DNA of 61,206 bases, the filler included, from Vannella sp. (lineage: Eukaryota): the NCBI GenBank assembly GCA_023345925.1. It is 6 parts of 6 records of this genome, joined end to end, with 100 filler letters (N's around TTAATTAATTAA, not from the genome) between each part and the next. Parts side by side here need not be neighbours in the genome. Positions count along the whole stretch, not along the records: positions 57,157 to 61,206 come from JAJQQN010001320.1; 5 more parts are not named here. One strand, given 5' to 3'. The notes under the pieces were generated by a model. It worked only from the letters and a program-made list of their open reading frames with translations, was not told the DNA's origin and searched no databases. A program made the translations under genes and the position numbers. The number at the start of each line of letters is the position of its first letter. Within the stretch, counting starts at the first letter, position 1. Positions 58,242-61,206 of the stretch are shown piece by piece.

Positions 58242-58547
58242 GCCGACACAAAGTCTCAACCCTAAAAGGAATGCACTTCTTACAAGTTAATCATACGTAG
58301 GAAGCAACAATCAATCTAGAATGGTCTTGTCAAAGGGAGATTCGATGAAAGGGAATGTATGGTCAATGACTGACAGGGCACTTCATGTAGTATGGCACTC
58401 TGCTAATTATTGCCTTTTCTTGTCCGTGCGACTGCCAAGAGGACGAGGTCAAGGACATAACAATTGGTTCGCCCGCAAAGCACGTTGAAAAGATTTAACT
58501 TCAATGGAAGCTCGTGGGTTTGGTATCGCTCTCAAGGGTGTTGCTGA

Positions 58548-60730
58548 TTATGGGAAGAAGGGAGAATCTTCCGGCTCTTTTGGGTCAGTTCGTTGTGATT
58601 GGAGTTCAGAGAGTTGTCGGAGGAGTTCTTGGCGCTCCTCAAAGTAGTGGAGACGTTGGGTGACGATTTCAGAGAGAAACTCGTTCGAGAACTCCAGGAA
58701 ATGTACGCCAATGGCCGTTGTGGCTATAAGAGTTGGTGCTCCATGAGAATGAAGACGAGCAATGCGAAGGCCAACAACTGGCGCCGCAAGTTGATGTACA
58801 TAACCCAGTCTCCAATTCTGGGGAGTCTCTTCATAAGAGAGAAGCGCCCCACTGTAAGTGCCTAACACAATAGTTTGATGAGTTTGCCAACACAGAGTCT
58901 CACAACAGGAGATTGAGTCATAACTCTCACTCTCTGGTAGCATTATTGGACTCTCCAGTTGCTTGGAGAGGACATCTTCATACAGGATTGCGTATCCCAC
59001 TGGGGAACCAGCGATGAGGTGGACCTTTGGGAGTTTTTTTTCGGTAGGTGCATTATTTTGTTGAAAGGGGGGAGACACCTTGTTGAAGAGCGGGTGAAGC
59101 GGCCGACTGTGAGAAGCAAATGGATGGTTTTCCAATGTCCAAGTGTCTGAGACGTCCCCGTCTCTTCCTGCAATGAATCGAACGGTACTGATAGGTCCAT
59201 CTAAAAAGGAAGAAGTGAACGTTAACACTCTCACGCCGACTGCCCCTCTTTTAACTTCTGAGGAAACTTGTGAGACAGTAAGAATGAGGGTGCCATCCTG
59301 GCATCCGATGGCTATTAGACGTCTGTCTCCCAAGTATTTGATATCAAGATCTAGAACGCAGCTTGGGAACACAAGTGCTTCCAATTCGGGCAGAAAGTCA
59401 CTAATCCGGGTGTCAATGCAGGAAACAAGTTTCTGTTGGCCCTCATTCTGGCTGGACTCTGTCTCCTCTAGATAGGCGTGGAGCTTTTGGTCTGAACCAG
59501 AGACAAGAATCAAGCTCCTCCATGGGTTAGATGCAAGCTGGGGAGTGGCTCCAGAAGATAACTTGGAATGGAGTTCATCAGAGTGAGGTTCTGAAGCTTC
59601 ACTTGATTTGGTGGTGGCGGCAAGCACAAAAGGGACAGTTTGTAAGTACTCAGGTGAAGAGCTGATCTTCCAACCGGAAGGGTTTAGAGTCGGCGCTGCT
59701 CCGTTGGTAGGAATATCCACTCTCGCACTCTCCTTATCATTTGGGTGCTCTTCAGCATCCGAATCTTCCTTCTTGGATATAAAAGTGGCACTCGCTTTAC
59801 GGAGGAAGTTAACAGGTACCCCGCTCTCCTTAGATTCAGGATTTCGCCTTTTGACGGTTCGAGAAGATTCTGTGCGGGTGGCTTCTTCAACTGCTGAGAT
59901 TGATGGAGTCTCTGCAAGCGGTTCTGAATTATGATCGTTTGGAATCTCTTCGACAAGGGCAACGCTGCGGTTCACAAAGGTAGAAAGGATAACAAAGGGA
60001 GTGTAGGGAATGTCGATTCCTTGGTAGGCGCCATGAAGATTAGCTATATGCTGGTCGATGCTGGGCATAAAGAAGCTACTATCAGGCTCATCATCCTCTT
60101 CTTCCTCTTCTTCTGGGTAGAAAGAGTCTTCTTCTTCCTCTGATCTCCCTTCTCGGTCTTCTTTGGGCAGCTGAAGACCTTGCAGTTCACTCTTCTGTTC
60201 TGAGTCTTCTGAATTCTCTTCGGAGGGATCCTGCAGGCTCTTCCTCCAAGCAAAACTGGCAGCAGCGATGGGAGACGGAGGATCTGAAGCGCTTGCACTA
60301 AGAGGGAGACCAACCTCTGCTTCCTCTGCGCACAGATGAAGAACCCTTCTACTCTTGCTATTCATCGTATCGCGAGCCGGCGTGTACTACACCCAGTCAG
60401 CGATCGCCCGTCTTGAAAAGGGTTGTTACGGACCGTAACAAAGACTAGAGCAGCACGCCCAGTACTAGGATGAGAGATACGGAAGGGGCATATACTAAGG
60501 ACTTCTGTGTGGTCCGTAGGACGAAAGAGAGAGAGAGAGTCCTCGTCAAACGGGAAAAAAGGCGCCAAAGTGGGTCCACTCTGAACTTGGCTCATCGAGC
60601 AGAAGCAATGAATGGAGTGACGAGAAGCGATGTATCCCACCTCCTGCCCCACTCCACCACCCATTCCCAAACTGTACAACATCGGGGGCGACTCCAACTC
60701 CACGAAGAAGCGCTCCGCCAAACGCGCCAT
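58548..60730 (-). CDS. Kaptin (KPTN, KICSTOR subunit)-like beta-propeller protein; 2 exons
   Basis: ILVSGSDQKLHAY, RLIAIGCQDG, LDGPISTVRF, LPESESYDSISC, IVLGTYSGALLSY and TTAIGVHFL parallel remembered kaptin motifs. An intron at about 60389-60433 joins MARLAERFF (60730) in frame to ORF 58548..60365. Confidence 0.72.
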
Positions 60731-61206
60731 CCCAAGTAATGGTCCAAACCGGGCTTCGTGAAATTGGGGTGTTGATTGATCCCGGGCTTCCCAAGGCCAA
60801 GTGGCTCTGGAAGAAACGCAAATCGCTTGAGGGGAAAGGAGCCTCTTATCCTTATCGTCCACAGCTCGGAGCCCGTGACTTCTTCTCAACACCTGAAGAT
60901 GGGAGGAGGCTAACGATAGGATAGAGAAACACATACTTGAGTTTGGTGCCCTCCCTGCCTTCGAGGACATGGTAACAGAATCGTCCACTTCTGCTGGAAT
61001 GAAGCTCTTCTTTTGAGCCAGAAGCATCAACTAATCATTCATAGTGTACTGCTGACTATCCTGTGCTTTTCCCACAGTTGCTTCTTTATTATTCTGAAAA
61101 CATTTATATGAAGCCCTTCACCTCTGAAGCTCCCAAAAGTGAAAAAATGAAATCAGACCAAAAGCTTATCCTGAAAAGATGGAGGTCATCAGGACACTCT
61201 ACGCAA

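Noticed and set aside
1..61206. Alternative genetic code, stop-codon readthrough or prokaryotic operon/defence system
   Set aside because: In-frame stops in the conserved genes I traced are explained by short GT-AG introns, TAA, TAG and TGA all terminate genes, and the content is entirely eukaryotic.

Overview
This is eukaryotic nuclear DNA, not prokaryotic. It consists of six separate contigs joined by artificial 100-nt spacers (N44-TTAATTAATTAA-N44), so adjacency across spacers means nothing. The genome is very compact: roughly 50% GC by eye, standard genetic code, GT-AG introns mostly 40-57 nt, and intergenic gaps often under 150 nt. The gene content (several RhoGAP/RhoGEF genes, a TRAF-like RING-Zn-MATH protein, a CLU-domain protein, a DFD-type kinase, a Cdc123/R2K-like ATP-grasp, Ser/Thr-stalk surface proteins) suggests an amoeboid protist, probably Amoebozoa; this is an inference. 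About 28 genes are recognisable, mostly housekeeping (UBA3, POLR3E, CDP-DAG synthase, TMEM120, TRAP1, SDHAF4, mitochondrial RRF, RPL6, a HUWE1/Tom1-like HECT ligase, CWC25, kaptin-like). I saw no rRNA, tRNA, CRISPR array or intact mobile element. The best candidates for novelty are: (1) a single-pass surface protein combining a beta-helix-like head, a mucin-like stalk and an intact GPS (HL|T) autoproteolysis motif, with a paralogue fragment beside it; (2) a Cdc123/R2K-like ATP-grasp enzyme ending in a CaaX box; (3) a TRAP1-SDHAF4-MRRF mitochondrial micro-cluster; (4) a degenerate SLC25 carrier; (5) a possible plant LNK-like motif protein. All family calls come from motif recognition by eye, exon boundaries are hand-predicted, and no database search was run.
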